Source: Felis catus (taxonomy: Eukaryota). Taken from it: a DNA stretch of 64,000 nucleotides. Positions 1-14,077 of the stretch are shown in pieces. The stretch lies in the NCBI RefSeq assembly GCF_018350175.1, contig NC_058368.1:79548001-79612000 (forward strand), in the 5' to 3' direction. The translations under genes were made by a program, and so were the position numbers. Position 1 is the first letter of the stretch, and every line of letters starts with the position of its first letter. The notes below the pieces were generated by a model, which saw nothing but the letters and a program-made list of their open reading frames with translations, searched no databases and was not told where the DNA came from.

Positions 1-300
1 GTGGGCCTTCCCCTGTGCAACTTCTAAAATTACTTTGGTGCTTAGCATCTGAGGTGGGCCAACACGGGGATCACCTGAGGTTGCCTCTGCGCTAACAAAG
101 GCATCTCTTGAGCGTGGTGAATCGGGCGATGGCCCTGGGCCCAGAGCAGGGATCTGAGGAAATCACCCATGGCAACAACCAGGCAGTGAGTCCCCGGCGC
201 CTGCCAGAAAGCTCTGTGAATATTGGAGGGAGAGGGAATTTACATGTTACCCAATTCAGAACAACAACATCAACAACGTCATGTTCCAAGGTCTTCACGA

Positions 301-322
301 GAGAGAGACAGAGACAGAGAGA

Positions 323-353
<31 letters not shown>
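301..353 (+). repeat. (GA)n/(GACAGA) microsatellite
   Basis: Direct reading. Confidence 0.95.
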
Positions 354-354
<1 letters not shown>

Positions 355-499
355 CCCAGCCCGGGGCTGGAGCTAGCTGATTCCCCAGCTCTGGGGGCAC
401 AAGGTGGGCATTCACGGACCCAGCCGGGCGCCTCCCAGAGGGAGCCCCTGGGTCTCCAGCTCCAAACTGCACCTTGCGAGGTGGGCTTCACCGAGGAGG

Positions 500-607
500 C
501 GGCATCCCCACCAAGCCTTAGCTTCTTCATCTGAATCTGAGCACCTACCTCATAGGCTTTGCCCGGGTTCAGTGCCGGCACATAGTAAGTGCTCAGTAAA
601 CAGCAGG
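500..607 (+). mobile_element. MIR fragment
   Basis: CTTCATCTG...CACCTACCTCATAGG...GGCACATAGTAAGTGCTCAGTAAA resembles the MIR core and 3' end. Confidence 0.6.
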
Positions 608-1314
608 TACGGCCGTCACCCTCCTCCAGGCTGCTGCCTACGACAGATGGGAGTTCATAACTGAGAAGCAAAGGGTGTGGAGGTAGGGGACACATCCCTG
701 CGCCCCACAGCTGGGTGCCCTAATGACCAGAGTCTAAGCCCCACAGGGGAGCTCTCCGTGTTGGAGCTCAGTGGAGAGGTCTGGAAGAAAGATTTCTAGA
801 GCTGTAATGATCAGCTGACACAGGAGGGAAGGTTTCCCCTCGCAGCACCCCAGGACGTGCGTGAACACCCGAAGGCACGCAGAGACTTCAGCAAGGAAAA
901 GCTGGTGAGAGCGGCACAAAAATGGACCTTAGCAGCAGGCGGCAGCCCCTTTGTGACCCCAGCATCTCTGGCCAAAGGGACGCAGATACCTGACAGGTGT
1001 TAACCGAAGGAGTGTTTCTCAAACCCCCGAATCCTTTTCCAGTGGAGAACCTCAGCCCTCACATGCACGGTCGCAGAGGGCATGGTCAGCGCTCGGGGAG
1101 CGACAGATGGGTGAAGACCAATGACAGGGGGGTTTCCTCAATCACCCTCCCCCCCTCCCACCCCACTCCCCCGTCTGTTACCAGGCATCTAATGGACCTC
1201 CTTTCCTGGGAGAGGTGGGAGTCCGGGACAGAGCCATTTTCCGTTAACATCTAACTTCCTTTATTCCATATATTTTATGTGGCAGGCAGCACGCTGGCTG
1301 CTTTAAGCATGTGA

Positions 1315-1534
1315 TTTTTTTTTAAATTTTTTTCATGTTCATTTATTTTTGAGACAGAGAGAGACAGAGCGTGCACGAGGAAGGGTCAGAGAGAGGGAGA
1401 CACAGATTCCGAAGCAGGCTCCAGGCTCCGAGCCGTCAGCCCGGAGCCCGACGCGGGGCTCGAACTCACGAACCATGAGACCATGACCTGAGCAGAAGTT
1501 GGATGCTTAACCGACTGAGTCCCCCAGGTGCCCC
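1315..1534 (-). mobile_element. Can-SINE (SINEC_Fc-like), full length
   Basis: Reverse complement of a GGGGCACCTGG... head, (CT)n body and A tail; TSD aagca(t/c)gtgat. Confidence 0.95.
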
Positions 1535-2317
1535 AAGCACGTGATATTTCTATTCCCCACAAAGGACCCTGAAATGTGGGTATTATCGAACCAGTTGCCT
1601 GGAGAAGGGAAAGTCAGTTCCGAGAGACGAGTACCTTGCCCAGCTCAGTATGCACTGGTACTTACCACGTTTTGTTTGCCCTACACTCTCTCCCGTAAAC
1701 AGGCTTCCGAATGCGGGTGCACTTGAGAGCTGTCAGGAAGGAAGCTGTCGCCTCAGCATAGACTTGGGGCCAAGCTGCAGAGTCAGGTTACCCCCCAGGG
1801 TGCCCAAGCGACTGCTCCCAGAATGAGCGTGTGATCCACGCACGGCCAGTGTCATTCTGGGAAATTGCATGTGGATGCCGGGGAAATCTCTTCCTGAAAC
1901 TGTGAACTCTGAAGGAGACGTAGGGCCGGGACGGCCTGGAATTTACTGGTCAGGACGTCAGCACTGAGGAGCCCCACGTGGAGAGGGGAAGAGGGCAGAG
2001 CGGTTCCCGGGATTATCATGGGACGGGGCGTCCGGCAGGGCCTGGATGGCGAGGTGGGGGTCCCGGGAGCAGGTAACGCAGCACACCAGGGACCTCGTCG
2101 GGAGGGCAAATTCCTGGCCACCCCAGGTTCACTGAATGAGAAAGTCTGTGGACGGAACTCAGCCACGTCTCTTCCTGAGCCTTCCAGGGGAGTTCAACTC
2201 ACAGTGTTTGAAAGACGGCCACTCTAGACCTATCCATGGAGGTTTTGTTTCGTGAGCCAACGAACTCCTCATTTTTTTTTTTTTTTGCTTAGACTCTGAT
2301 TATAATAAGAAAAACAA

Positions 2318-2530
2318 GGGGCACTAAGGTGGCTCAGTTGACTGCGTGTCTGACTCTTGATTTCAGCTCAGGTCATGATCCCAGGGTCCCGGGATAGAGC
2401 CCCGCGTCGAGCCTCGTGCTGAGTGTGGAGACTGCTTGAGATTCTCTCACTCTCTCCTTCTGCCCCTCCCCCTACTAGCGCTCTCTCTTTCTCTGGAATT
2501 AAAAAAAGAAAAAGAAAAAGAAAAGAAAAA
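2318..2530 (+). mobile_element. Can-SINE (older subfamily)
   Basis: GGGGCACTAAGGTGGCTCAG head, CT tract, A-rich tail. Confidence 0.9.
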
Positions 2531-2532
2531 CA

Positions 2533-2752
2533 GGGGCACCCGGGTGGCTCAGTCTGCTGAGCGTCAGACTTTGGCTCAGATCGTGATCTCACAGTTCATG
2601 AGTTTGAGACCCATGTTGGGCTCTGTGCTGACAGCTCGGAGCCTGGAGCCTGCTTCGGATTCTGTGTCTCCCTCTCTCTCTGCCCCTTCCCTGATCGTGC
2701 CCTCTGTCTCTTTCTCAAAAATAAACATTAAAAAAGAAAGAAAAAAGAAAAA
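2533..2752 (+). mobile_element. Can-SINE (SINEC_Fc-like) inserted in the tail/TSD of the preceding SINE
   Basis: Full head and body; an AAGAAAAAC-like motif recurs before the first SINE, between the two and after the second. Confidence 0.92.
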
Positions 2753-3144
2753 ACCAAGATAGTTTTGAGTCACTTTCATGAAAAACAAAATGAGCTTAAA
2801 GGCTTTTTATAAGTTGCAAGGGAAGGTAATTATTTCATAATGATACGTTTTCAGTGCAGGGGTTCCTTTGAGACTGTGTCCAGGTTTGTTTTGTTTATAT
2901 GGGAGGCAAGGCATCCCCTCGATGCTTGCAAGAAAGAGGCGGCCGGAAGCCATGCAGGTGGAGGCACTGTCGGACCCCGTGGGGGCGGCATGGTGGGGCC
3001 CACGGCATGTGCAGTGCCCACTGTCTGGCATATACATGGGAGCACTCCCAGAAGGCGGCCATCAAGGAGCCTGGGCCACAGAGAAGCGGGCAGAACTGGT
3101 CTGGCCGTCGGATGATTCCATCACCAAAACAACATAAAACTTCA

Positions 3145-3360
3145 GGGGCACCCAGGGGGCTGAGCTGGTTGAGCGTCCGACTGTTGATTTCGGCCCAGGG
3201 CATGATCTCGCGGTTTGTGGGTTCGAGCCCCGCATTGGGCTCTGGGCTGACAGTGCGGAGCCTGCTTAGGATTCTCTCTCTCTCTCTCTCTCTCTCTCAC
3301 TCACTCTCTCCCTCCCCTGCTATCTCTCTCAAAACAATAAATAAACATTAAAAAAAAGAA
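3145..3360 (+). mobile_element. Can-SINE
   Basis: Head, B-box GGTTCGAGCCC, (CT)n, AATAAATAAACATT tail; degenerate TSD acat(a/g)aaact. Confidence 0.93.
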
Positions 3361-5860
3361 ATGACATGAAACTCTAGCAAAGAGAAAATGATAGAAAGTG
3401 AGGTGTTTGAAGAAGGGTTGGAAATGAGACCCATCCTCAATGAGCCAAGGCCCCAGAGAGACGCCCCGGAGACCAGAGTGAAGGGAACAGAGGACGGGGT
3501 CCTGCTCACTCCCCCGGTGGTCCACCTCGTGGCATTCCCAGAGAAGCAGGACGTGGCCAGCAGTTTAAGGCACTGCCCAGAGGTCACGGGCTGTGGGCTT
3601 ACCAGTGTCCTTTGGACCTGCTGATCCAGAGGCTGCTGAGTCGCTCTTGCACAGGGGGCCACGGGGGCCACGGGGGCCTAGCTAAGCTGGAAAGTGAGGA
3701 CATTGATGGGAAAGCCGCGGTCCTTGGGATGGGGGCACCTCCCGGGGGTGGGGGGGTGCAGTCAGGGTAGGGAACCCCCTGTAGCTCCCGCCCTGCACCT
3801 GCTCCGCCAACCCTTCAAACCACCCCCCACACGTGTCTAATGAGGTTCGAACACTGCACTCTCTGAAACCCGGCTTCAAACAGGCGCCCTCCCTGTGGAA
3901 ACCGGGGACTGCCACTGTGTTGGGGGTTTAGACACAAGGACACAGGAGGTGGAAACTGTCGTTGCAAAAGCTCAGAGTCAGGTGAGGCCCTGAGCCGGAT
4001 CCAGTGCTCAGGAAGGGAAACTGCGGGGGGCTCCTGGCGGATTCCTGGAGGTAGAACGTTCCATGGAAGGATCAGGGAGTGTTCCCAGAGGGTGTGAGAG
4101 GAGGGTGAGTGGGCAGAAGCAAGGGGCATGGGCTCGGGAAAACCCACAGTGCTGGGCAGGCCCGGAGCAAGGCACACGCTCCCCAGGGATGCGATGCCAA
4201 GCCTGTGTCTGGGCCTTCCTCCTGCGGCCGGGAGGAAGCCCTCGGGAAAGCAGAGGGACAAGCCCACCAGCATGGTGGGTGGGCAGGAAGCAGTGTTGGG
4301 TGCTGGGGGGTTTACAGAGATGATCGGGGTACGAGGCAGTGAGGGGCAGAGTCGAGGGGAGACACCGGAGCTGGGCCGGGCGTGCGAGAAATCCTGGAAA
4401 CGCGTGCAAACTTTGCGTGTGTGTGCAAACGTGCTTTCCTCTGGGACACGTTTGAGCGCGTGACCCAAGAACACGTCCTTATTGGATGCTCCGAGGAGTA
4501 GGAAGGCCGCAGCAGCACTCCAAGCTCCTGGCTCCCCCCCCCCACCGCCCACACAGGGTGTCTATGGACCAGTTGGGGGACACGGGTGGGGGGGGCGGAG
4601 TTCTGGGCCACGGAGACAGCGGGAGTCCCTCACCGATTGGCCGGTCCTTGAGCAGCTTTAGTTGGGTTAACCGTTCAAGCACTGAATGACTCTGTTTGAG
4701 TCCAGTCTAGGGAAGGCTTGTCAGCCTTCCATCCCCTTGGAGGATCGTTCTCTCGGCCAGAAGCTGGTGGTGTTGGCACAGTGGGAACGCGACCCGGCCT
4801 GCCCGGGCCAGGGTTTGACATGAGCCCAGGTCTCACCTCAGGCAAACACAGAGCAAGCTTCCCGAGCAGTGAGAGGGCCTGCTCCCCACCTTCCGAAGGT
4901 GGTGGGCAGAGGGAACACAGGGGAGCAGCAGCCAGCCAGCCAGCCAGCAGCCGCCCCCCACCCCCCCAGTCTACACCCGCTTTCAGCTGCTTTCAGCCAG
5001 TCCCAAACAACAGCCGGCCAGCCCCAGGAGCCCCTGCGGTGGTTTCACAGAGCGGAGGGTGCATTGCAAATTAAAAAACAACAGCCTGCCAGGCAAAGGC
5101 AGTGTTTTGAAGCACAGGAAGAGGAGTCCCACCGTGGGGGGCAGATAAAGGGGCCTCTGAGCACCTCAGGAGCCGGTCACACACAAAAGCACCTCTGTGC
5201 CTTTAAACAGGAACTCCTGTAAGTGTCCCAGGGTTTCATAACCTGAACGCTGCTGCCCGGAGTGATGTGGTTTGGAAATTAACCTAGCTTTTCTTCCCAC
5301 TGCTGTTTTACATATTAATTAAAGTGTTTTCCTCGGATTCCGGAATGCCTGCCGGCTCGCTGGGTTCTGCAGAGGCCCCGCGTTCCCTGTCCCCCGCCCC
5401 CTCCCCGGCCACAGTGGCACAGAGTTCAAGGATTCCAGTCTCCCCAGGCCTGCGGCCACTCTCCCCCGTCCACCGGCTCTGTTATATGGACGCACACTTT
5501 CATAAGGCCTTTAAGAAGTCGTGGCTTCTTCCCCCCAAACGACTGTGCGGAGCTAATCTAGGGAGGTCGTGTGGGATAGAAGACATCACGGAGGACAATG
5601 TCCCACTATCTCCTCCTCCCTCCTTACCTCCATCCGAACCTGTTCCTTTCTTTTCTCGTCCCGCCTCCCACCCCCACCCCTCACCGTGCTGAGAACAAGT
5701 GCAAACAACTCACACGCTGAGACTTGTTTTAATTCATATATTTTTGCAGAATCATGGTGGCCAAAAGTTGAAGGCCACCAAAGATCATGCTGCCGAGGGT
5801 TCCCACGTCGGACCCTGATTCGCAACTTTGAATTTCGTTTTTAAAAATTGAAGAATCAGA

Positions 5861-6060
5861 GGGGCGCCTGGGGGGCTCAGTGGGTTAAGTAAGCATCTGA
5901 CTTTGGCTCAGGTCATGATCTCACGGCTTGTGGGTTCGAGCCCTGAATGGGACTCTGCGCTGACAGCTGGGAGCCTGGAGCCTGCTTCAGAGTCTGTCTC
6001 CCACTCTCTCTGCCCCTCCCCCACTCATACTCTGTCTCCCCCACAAAAATAAAAATAAAA
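5861..6060 (+). mobile_element. Can-SINE
   Basis: GGGGCGCCTGG head, B-box, CT tract, A-rich tail. Confidence 0.93.
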
Positions 6061-6508
6061 CGAATCGTAGTGGTATTTAAGATATTCGCTAAGGCCAAGA
6101 TTAATTTTCTGGGTAAGTACATACGGTTAATGCATCTGAGACCCAAAATAATAGAGTTAAGTCATAGTTACTTCCTTGGTTTCATGGACATTTTAGTTCA
6201 AAGCCTCCTTTTCAGTTTTCAATTATAATTTGGACTGTATCCATGAACTTCTTGGATTATGTTAAATAAACATATTTCTTTATGATTTTAGGAAATCCAT
6301 TTGTTTCCTGTAAATTCAAATGTATAGGGGCTTAACCTATGAAACGCAAAATATAGCGACGATTGGTAATCTCTGATGAAGGCAATTATGTTTCTCCACC
6401 AAAGGGTAGATTACCCCACCACTTACACATGGAAGTAGATAGCAGTATAAATAAGTAAATTCATAAATTCGTAAAGGAATTGGCTGAGTCACTGAGAATA
6501 AAATCCAG

Positions 6509-6550
6509 CTACTTTCTTCCCCTACTTTCTTCCCCTACTTTCTTCCCCTA
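6509..6550 (+). repeat. 13-bp tandem repeat (CTACTTTCTTCCC) x3.2
   Basis: Three perfect copies read directly. Confidence 0.9.
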
Positions 6551-9500
6551 GCATTTACAAAATTCGGGAGAGATCAGGGAAGGCCAGGATTCAGCGCAAG
6601 AAGGGTTTCGGGTGACGTGAAAGGTGTGGCCTCCACACCGTCGGTCACTGTGTCATCAGAAACATCATCAGGGCTGCCTTGTTCCTTGGAGACACGTCTA
6701 CGGGACGTCCCTCCTGAATATCGTGTGCGCGAGCCTGCGTGTGTAACTAGGAGGGCAGGAGTCCGGGACCCAAGTAGTTTCATGACAAGGAAACGTGTCT
6801 GCTACGACGGTGCGTCCTGAGATATAGAGTTGGCTTCAGCACTGGGGGACTCGGGCCACTGATAGCTTCAGTTTGGGGTTCTGTCCATCTTCCGCGCCAG
6901 AATCAGTGTTCTCCTAGAGATGTTTTCTCTAACCTCTGGCAGAGAGCCTGGCTCCTACAGTCACAAGGCAGCAAGGCAAGACTAACTCAAGGAGAGGGAA
7001 GTGACGGCCTGTAGGAGCGTCCTCAGGGAGCTCGGCTCTGAGAAGGGAATGGGGGGCAACCCCATGGGGGGCCGCTTCCCCCTGCAAGATTCTGTAACGT
7101 GAGTCCTGTTTACTACAGAAAAGGAATGTCCCATTTTGTCACGACAGAGGATGCCCTCCTCCCCCCCGTGACAGTCCACACAGCAGGGACTGGGGTTCAC
7201 AGCCTTTATGTGGGATGCAGCTCCAAAGCCCAGGGGAAGCAGGAGGCAGACCAGGCAGAGAAATGCAAGGGCAGGTGTGTGGGTGAGTGAGGAGCATGGG
7301 GGGCCGGGCTGCTGCACGTGACTGAGGACCCGGGGGAGGGTCAGCCGTGGGGAGCACAGCCCAGGGCTCCCCAGGATGCGGGGAGGCTGTGTGGCCACGT
7401 ATGGGGAGCCACGCTTGGTGGCGATGCGGTGGCGACGTGGGTAGGCGACACTGGGCTGTGGGCCACGGGGGAACCAGGGAAACCCTGTCCACAGTGGACC
7501 CAGGCGTCACCAGGAGGCATTTCCAGAGAGGCAGCGGGAAACAAACCAGGTCGGTTTTCAGGACACAGACTTCTGCTCCGAGTGAAGTTGGGACACATCT
7601 GACCTACTTTCTTCAAGGATCACGGCGCTTCTGAATAGAGAATCATCAGAAGGGAAGGAAGGCAGGGGAGGGAGGCCCGTGAGGAAGGAAGCCAGCGGGA
7701 CCTGGCCACCAATGCAGTGACAAAGGAGCCCCACCACAGCGTCCCGCCTGGGGGAGGGCCAGCGGGAGGCCCCCCACCTCTGCTGTCCCAAGCACCAAGA
7801 AGAACCTGACTGCCATCGAGTGGGCAGGGGTGATGGCAGGACAGAGAGCTGGAGGGCAGGGGGCTCGGTTCTGGGCACATTGAACTTCAATGCTCGCCTG
7901 CCACCCCAGCGCGTGTTCAAGGAGTCTGCGGGGAGCCGCGCTGGCGGGTGCACCCAGATCACAAATTCAGCCGAGGCCAGGGGCCTGCAGAGGTGTGGTC
8001 AGTGAAGGGACCAGCCCAAGAGACTAAACACAGTGGGCAGGGGCGAGGCAGAGACAGCCGCGAGGGTCTTCTGGAAACCAAGCGCAGACTTGCGTAAGGA
8101 GGAAAGACCAAGTGGCGTCAGAGAAGGCCACCAGGTCTAATCTACCTGACTAGGACATTGCCTGGAGGGAACCCCATGGGCGGGAGCGAGATGGAGGGAG
8201 ACAGGAGAGACAGAGGAGAAGGGGGAGAGATGGTGAGACAGGACAGAGATGCGGAGAGATGGGGGGGGGAAGGGAGGGGGACGAGGGGAGGGGCAAAAAA
8301 GGAAAAGGAAGCACAAACAAATCCCCTTGTGTTTGCCTTTATGACGCCAAATCAGACCTTCAAGGCAGCAGGGGAGCCACGCCCCTCACTGGAGGGAGGG
8401 CACCTTTGTAGCTGCCGCTGTTGGGGTAAGGAGGGTGGGCTTGGGGGCTAATTTTCCTTTTCCTGACGATGTTTGGCCCTGAGGAGGGAAAGCCGGGCCT
8501 GCCTCCCCAGACTTAAACTGTTTACTTTATTTCTTGTCAACAAACTCTTCACGTGTGAAAAATAAATGCGTGCGCGTATCATGGGCGTGCCATAATTTTC
8601 AGTGAGCCAGGGAATGCAGGTGCGGGTTTCTCAAAGTGCCTGCAGCATCAGTTGGTTGGATCTTCGAGGGACACCTCTAAGGCTCCTCTGACGAACAGGT
8701 TTATTAAATCCGAGAGGCGAGAAAAAAGTGACCCACGCTTTGCTAGCTTTGCGCGTGTCACCGCAATCGTACCTTTGAAGAACAGAGCCGCCAAAACACA
8801 CTGAACAGGGGACAGCTGGGCTCCCCAAACTGGCCGCAAAAGTCATTTATCAAAATCCGAAGTTAGTTCCCCACGGCGCTGCCTCTTCATACCAACCCAC
8901 CGTTCCACAAACAGCGGTTTCGAACGCCCAAACATTCACGTTCTTTGCGAAACCCTGCAGGGTTGGTGCAAACACTTTAATCGGTGAGACGACGCCATCC
9001 CGCCAGACTTAAGCTCCCTAAAAGCTGTTTGCTCCTTAGCAACCACACGGCACACCTCTCCGGTCTTCTCTTTTAGGGTATTTGCACATTTCTAAAAGGA
9101 TTAGCCCCGAGTTATAAAAACATAGTTACCACCCTACTCATAATCGTAACTTATTATTTTGAGTCAATTCTCTAGATGTGTACCATCCATGAGAGTCAAG
9201 CTTCATGGCAGGTGGGGCTGTCGCTCACCCTGCTCTCAAAGTAGAGGGGTAACACGGGTACCCCGATACGGAGGCAAATTGGGGCCAAAAGAAGGGCAGC
9301 GTGTCAGCGACGGGTTGGAGAGGGGATCGGGGAAGTCTTCATGGCGGAGGCAACGGTGGAGAAGGGCCCCTGAGGATGGGCCAGCTTCAACCAGGCAGAG
9401 CTAGGGGACTGGAGACACAGGAGCCTGGCGACACGGGGTCGTAAGTGTGCGTGAAGGCTGGCTGCTGCAGCTCAGGGGCCGTGCCGTAGCATCACTCAAA

Positions 9501-12144
9501 CGTAGCGTTTGGACTTCATGTCAGTAATAAGGGGGTCTGTTAAGGTTTAGTGTTGGGAGCGGTGACCTAATCCAAGCCGAGCACCAGAAGGACTCATCTG
9601 GCCACGCGGCAGAGGTGGGCCAGCCGTGAGGGAGAGGAAGGGAAGGGTCTGCGTGTGGGAAGGCCCAGGGGGCTGCAGAAAGAGGCCGCCCTCTCCAAGA
9701 CGTGGCCTCACTGACTCCGAGAGGACAGAGGTCCGTTTTGGGGCGCGTTGGATCCAAGATGCGGAAGGGAAACCAAATCGACGCGTCCTGCAGGCTGGAG
9801 CAAGTGCGACGTGGAGGCTTGAGGACCTGAGAGGCAGCTGAAGAGAGACAAGCACAAGCCAGACAAGGAGGTCTCAGGGAAGGAAATGAAGGGCCCGGCA
9901 GGTCCTTGCTGGAGCCCGGGCTGCATGAGGTTTCAGGAGCAGAGGCAGCAAGGGGCGAAGGATGACAGTGGCTCGGCCCCCAGAGGCCACAGAAGGAGCC
10001 CAGGGCACCGAGTGGGCAGACTCAGCCCTGAGCCCGTCCTCTCCACTGTGCTCCATGTCCTGGGCCATCGGGGCAGCTCTTGGGCGCGTTCCCCTTCCTC
10101 CCCCCGCCCACCGTGCAGTCACTGGGAGGGGTCTCCGGGAGAAATGGCACGCCGGTGTTAGGGGCAAGGCCTGGCCCTCGCTGGCGCTCCGAAAAGCTTC
10201 TGGAACCTCCTGAGCGGGGAGGGGTCTCTTCCTTCCCCCTGCTCCGGGCGGGGTGGGGGGGGGCATGAGTTACTATGTGGGTGACTCAGAGGCTGTCACT
10301 ACAGGCATCTCAGGGCCGAGGCCAGATTGCAGAGGGGGAGAGAGCGAGAGCGACGGGGAGGAAACAGAGCGATGCCCCTCTCGACCTGGAAAACATCTTT
10401 CTGCCGCCTTCCAGGCTGTAGCTGACGGCGCGTCTCCCCAAACCTTTCCTTGACTCTTCCAAACAGAATGAGGGGCCCCAGCCCCCGGTGTCTCCGTGGT
10501 CTTTGCTCTTTCTGTCGGGCCCCGGGGACACAGTCCAGCCATCGACTTGGTCACAGGCTCCTTTTCCACCTGCTGGCCCGCAGCACCAGGCGGAGGGCCC
10601 CTCAGGCAGGAAGACGTCCTTGTGCCGTGACAGGTGCAGGCCGGTGCCGGACCCACAGCTGAACCGCTGTGGGCGCGGCGGGAGGGAAGCTGGGGCCAGT
10701 CACGGGAGCGGGGAGGGGCGCAGGCATGTAGAGGCGGGGACCCGCTGCACGGAGCCAGGGACCCGCTTAGGGCTGGGCGGGAGTGCGGGCCGAGAAGGCG
10801 CAAGTCACACACGTGCTGGGGTGTCAACAAGAGAGAGGGGACCAACAAAGCATCAGTGAGGCCTTGACTGAGATTCGAAACTACAGATTTGACTTGGGGG
10901 TTAGCTTGGGGGCAGTCAGCAAGACGCCTGACCACAGGGCCACCCGGGGCCCGGGCTTTGAAATCTGCTGGGCCTTTCTTGGCTGGTCTCCTGACCCTGC
11001 TCAGGTTCACACCGTCTGCTTTAGGATAATCAACCGTGGCTGAGAGGCAGGTGAGACCACTGAATGGGGAGGAGGGCCCGGGACACCAGAGAGAGGGTCC
11101 CGCTGGCTGAAGGACAGGTTCAGGGGCGCACCCGTGGCCACAGAAGGCTGCAAGGTGACAGCCGCAGCATCGCAATGGCAGACGACAGTAAAGCTTCACC
11201 TTTGCTCCGAGCGGATTGCTCGGAGCTCGTGAGTCACTCGGCCGACTCCTCATGGGGACCGGGCTCTGTCGTATCTTGGGACTGGCCGGTGTCTGTCCCG
11301 CGTGTCCCTCGCCGGCCCGCTGGAGGCCGGAGGACGGGAAGGGGACAAGGAAGGATGGTGGCAGGGCCATGGCAGGGCCAGGCAGGGGACTTTGACACTG
11401 GAGATCCCGACCCGGGACCAGTTCCGTCTCCTGATAAGGTCTCACGAGTAGCTCCTAAAGCGCTAGTTACCCTGTCCTCTGTCATTCGGAATGTCGCGTC
11501 GTGAACTGGGGACGGGATCTTCAGTGCCTCTGTCACTTCTGATAAAATCAATGAGTGTAATGAGGGGCCTGTGCCTGAGTCGAGGTGATTAGTAGAGGGC
11601 ATTTGCTGAATGAATCTAATTCAATGAGATACTCCCCATATAAGGAAGGCGCGGCCCAGAGAGGTAAGACAATTCACCCCACATCACACAGGAGTAGGAT
11701 CTCCTTGAACCCTAGTCTGTCCTTTCTCCTTTTCATTCTTGGCTATAGTTCTTTTTCTTTATAAGTGATGGAGAAAAGAAACTGATTGAAGACACAGTAA
11801 CATTAAGTCACGTATTAATTATTTATTATTCTTTATTTAACTTGCCTTCCCCCAAAGTACTGTGGCTCCCTGACCTATAATATGGTATGAAATGGATTCG
11901 CCTGTGGTATAAGGAGGTGGATACTATGCAGGGACTTGGCACCATGGTTTGGGAACTCCAACCCCACAATGCTGTTCGTTTCTTTTTTCACACATGATTT
12001 ATTTCAGCCTCAGAATGCCATGTTTACTTCGGGTCTTATCGTCAGGTTCCAGCATTCAAGAAGGACTTCACTAAAAGAGGATTCTTGTGATTTTACTCTT
12101 CACCTGTTTGTCAGTATTTTCCTTTGTCGGGAACCAAGTGGGGA

Positions 12145-12338
12145 GGGGCGTCCGACTTGGGCTCAGGTCACGATCTCGCGGTTCGTGGGTTGGAGCCCCG
12201 CGTCGGGCTCTGTGCTGACAGCTCGGAGCCTGGAGCCTGCTTTGGATTCTGTCTCCCTCACTCTGTCTGCCCTCTCTTGCTTGTGCTCTGTCTCTCTCTG
12301 TCTCTCAAAAATAAATAAAGATTAAAAAAAAAAGAAAG
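12145..12338 (+). mobile_element. Can-SINE lacking the A-box segment
   Basis: GGGGCG joined directly to TCCGACT; the rest is canonical; TSD aagtg(g/a)gga. Confidence 0.9.
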
Positions 12339-13926
12339 AAGTGAGGATGCCATTCCCAAACTGTGCCCTCGGCTAAGAACAATTTCAGAGCACAGTCGGG
12401 CTGCAGCAGGTGGCCCGGGACACAGGCTGGGACACCAAAACAAAGAAGTGCCTGGTCCCCGAGTGATCTGACTACTGACTCGGGGACACCTGTGGCATCT
12501 AGCAGGAGCGATCAGCATGTGACAGCTGGAACAGGACCCACAGGCATCACATTATAAGGGAACACACGGATCCTCTTTACCCAATAAAGGGTCCCGTTCT
12601 TCTGTGTTGATGATATAAATTCATCTACTGATTGTATTTAAAACTTTCGTGTCTGTGTGGACATTCAGATGCACGTCTACGTATGTGTTTTTAATTCAAA
12701 TTAATGGGTAAATACTAGTTAATAGTGGTTAGATACTTACTTTTTCCTTTCTCTTTTTCAGTTGCTTCCGTAACTCCAAAATCTTTCGAGGGGAGTGAAC
12801 GTATCGGGATGCTGACCTATGCTCATACGGATGGGCGTGTGGGAGGCCCCGCCATTCGTCAGCCACTGAAAGGCACGTGGATGCTGCTATGAGGGGACTG
12901 TGAGAAGGCGTTGGCTTAGAGGCAGGTGAAAACACCAGGATTTGCTGAAGGATGGAATGCGGGGTAGGGCTCCCAGCTTCTTGGCCCCGGTGTTCGGGGG
13001 GCAGGGCTGCTCTTGGGTGACACGGGTGGGCAGGGCGGGCTGCGGCAAACCAAGAGGTCTTTCTTTGATCGTGTTGATTTCAAGGCAGGTGCTAGACATC
13101 CGGGTGGAGAGCTTCAGTGGGTGTGAGTCACTGGAATGTCGACTGGATGTGGGGCCCTGTGATCTTGTGAGATTGCCATCCCAGATTTCCTGCTTTGGAG
13201 GGAGGTGGCAGTGAGGAGGACGGAGAGAGTGTTTGACAAGAACGGCTGTATGGGGGACGCAAGGGGATCCGCAGGCCTCGGCAGGAAGAGTCTCTTCCGA
13301 GGCACTGAGCACGGGTGCCCGAGGCACGTCCGGTGAGGTGTCCAGCCAGGAGTCGTGTCCAAGAAGTTGAGGTAGGGGAGGTCAGTGCCCAGCACACAGG
13401 TGTGCACCTGCAGTGATGAGGGCGCGTGCAGGTGTCCAGGCAAAGGGGTCGAGGTGACGAGCATCGGGACGGAGAGGAACACGGAGTTCGAGGACGGGGA
13501 GAGGAGACGCACTCGTGAAAGGAGCCGCATCACAAAAGTCTAACCCGGAGGGAGAGCTTCCTCACATCTGGGTGAGTGTCGCTGTCCTTCCTTACCGAAC
13601 ACGGGAAGGCTGGTCCCCACGCATTCCAAAATAACAGGACCTCGTCCTATTTCAGGGCTGGACAGAGGTCATTCCCGCTGTGCGGTGGCACTGGTGGGAC
13701 AACCGAATGATTCCTGCCAGGAGAATCCAGGCTATCCCACCTTGGAAGCTGTCCGGAGGGACCACGGCCCTCCTCACCTCAGTCTCCGGGCAAGGACACT
13801 CGGAGAGCCAACGACCACGTCATGACTGACCCTCTTACTCTGTTCGCTAGCCCTGTTCCTAAGGACAGCGGGGCTTGAGGGAGAATGGAAACGTGGGGGA
13901 CCACGACTTTTAAGAGTTAGCCCCTT

Positions 13927-14016
13927 GGGACGCCTGGCTGGCTCGGCTGGTGGAGCATCGGACCCTTGATCCTGGGGCCGTGAGTTTGTGCCCCATGTTG
14001 GGGGTAGAGATTACTC
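13927..14016 (+). mobile_element. Short old tRNA-derived carnivore SINE (SINEC_c-like)
   Basis: GGGACGCCTGGCTGGCTCGG...GGGGTAGAGATTACT with no CT tract; flanked by aagagtt repeats. Confidence 0.75.
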
Positions 14017-14077
14017 AAGAGTTCGTTCCTCTTGCCGGCATGCATGTCCCACTCCCGCTCACACATTATCTGCCCTC

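Noticed and set aside
2318..2752. Third member of the linker-sharing SINE dimer group
   Set aside because: Different first-monomer subfamily and a junction (AAGAAAAACA) that copies the local target site; best explained by sequential insertion.
13927..14016. Possible tRNA gene
   Set aside because: tRNA-like A/B boxes, but degenerate stems, a SINE-type 3' extension and flanking direct repeats indicate a tRNA-derived SINE.
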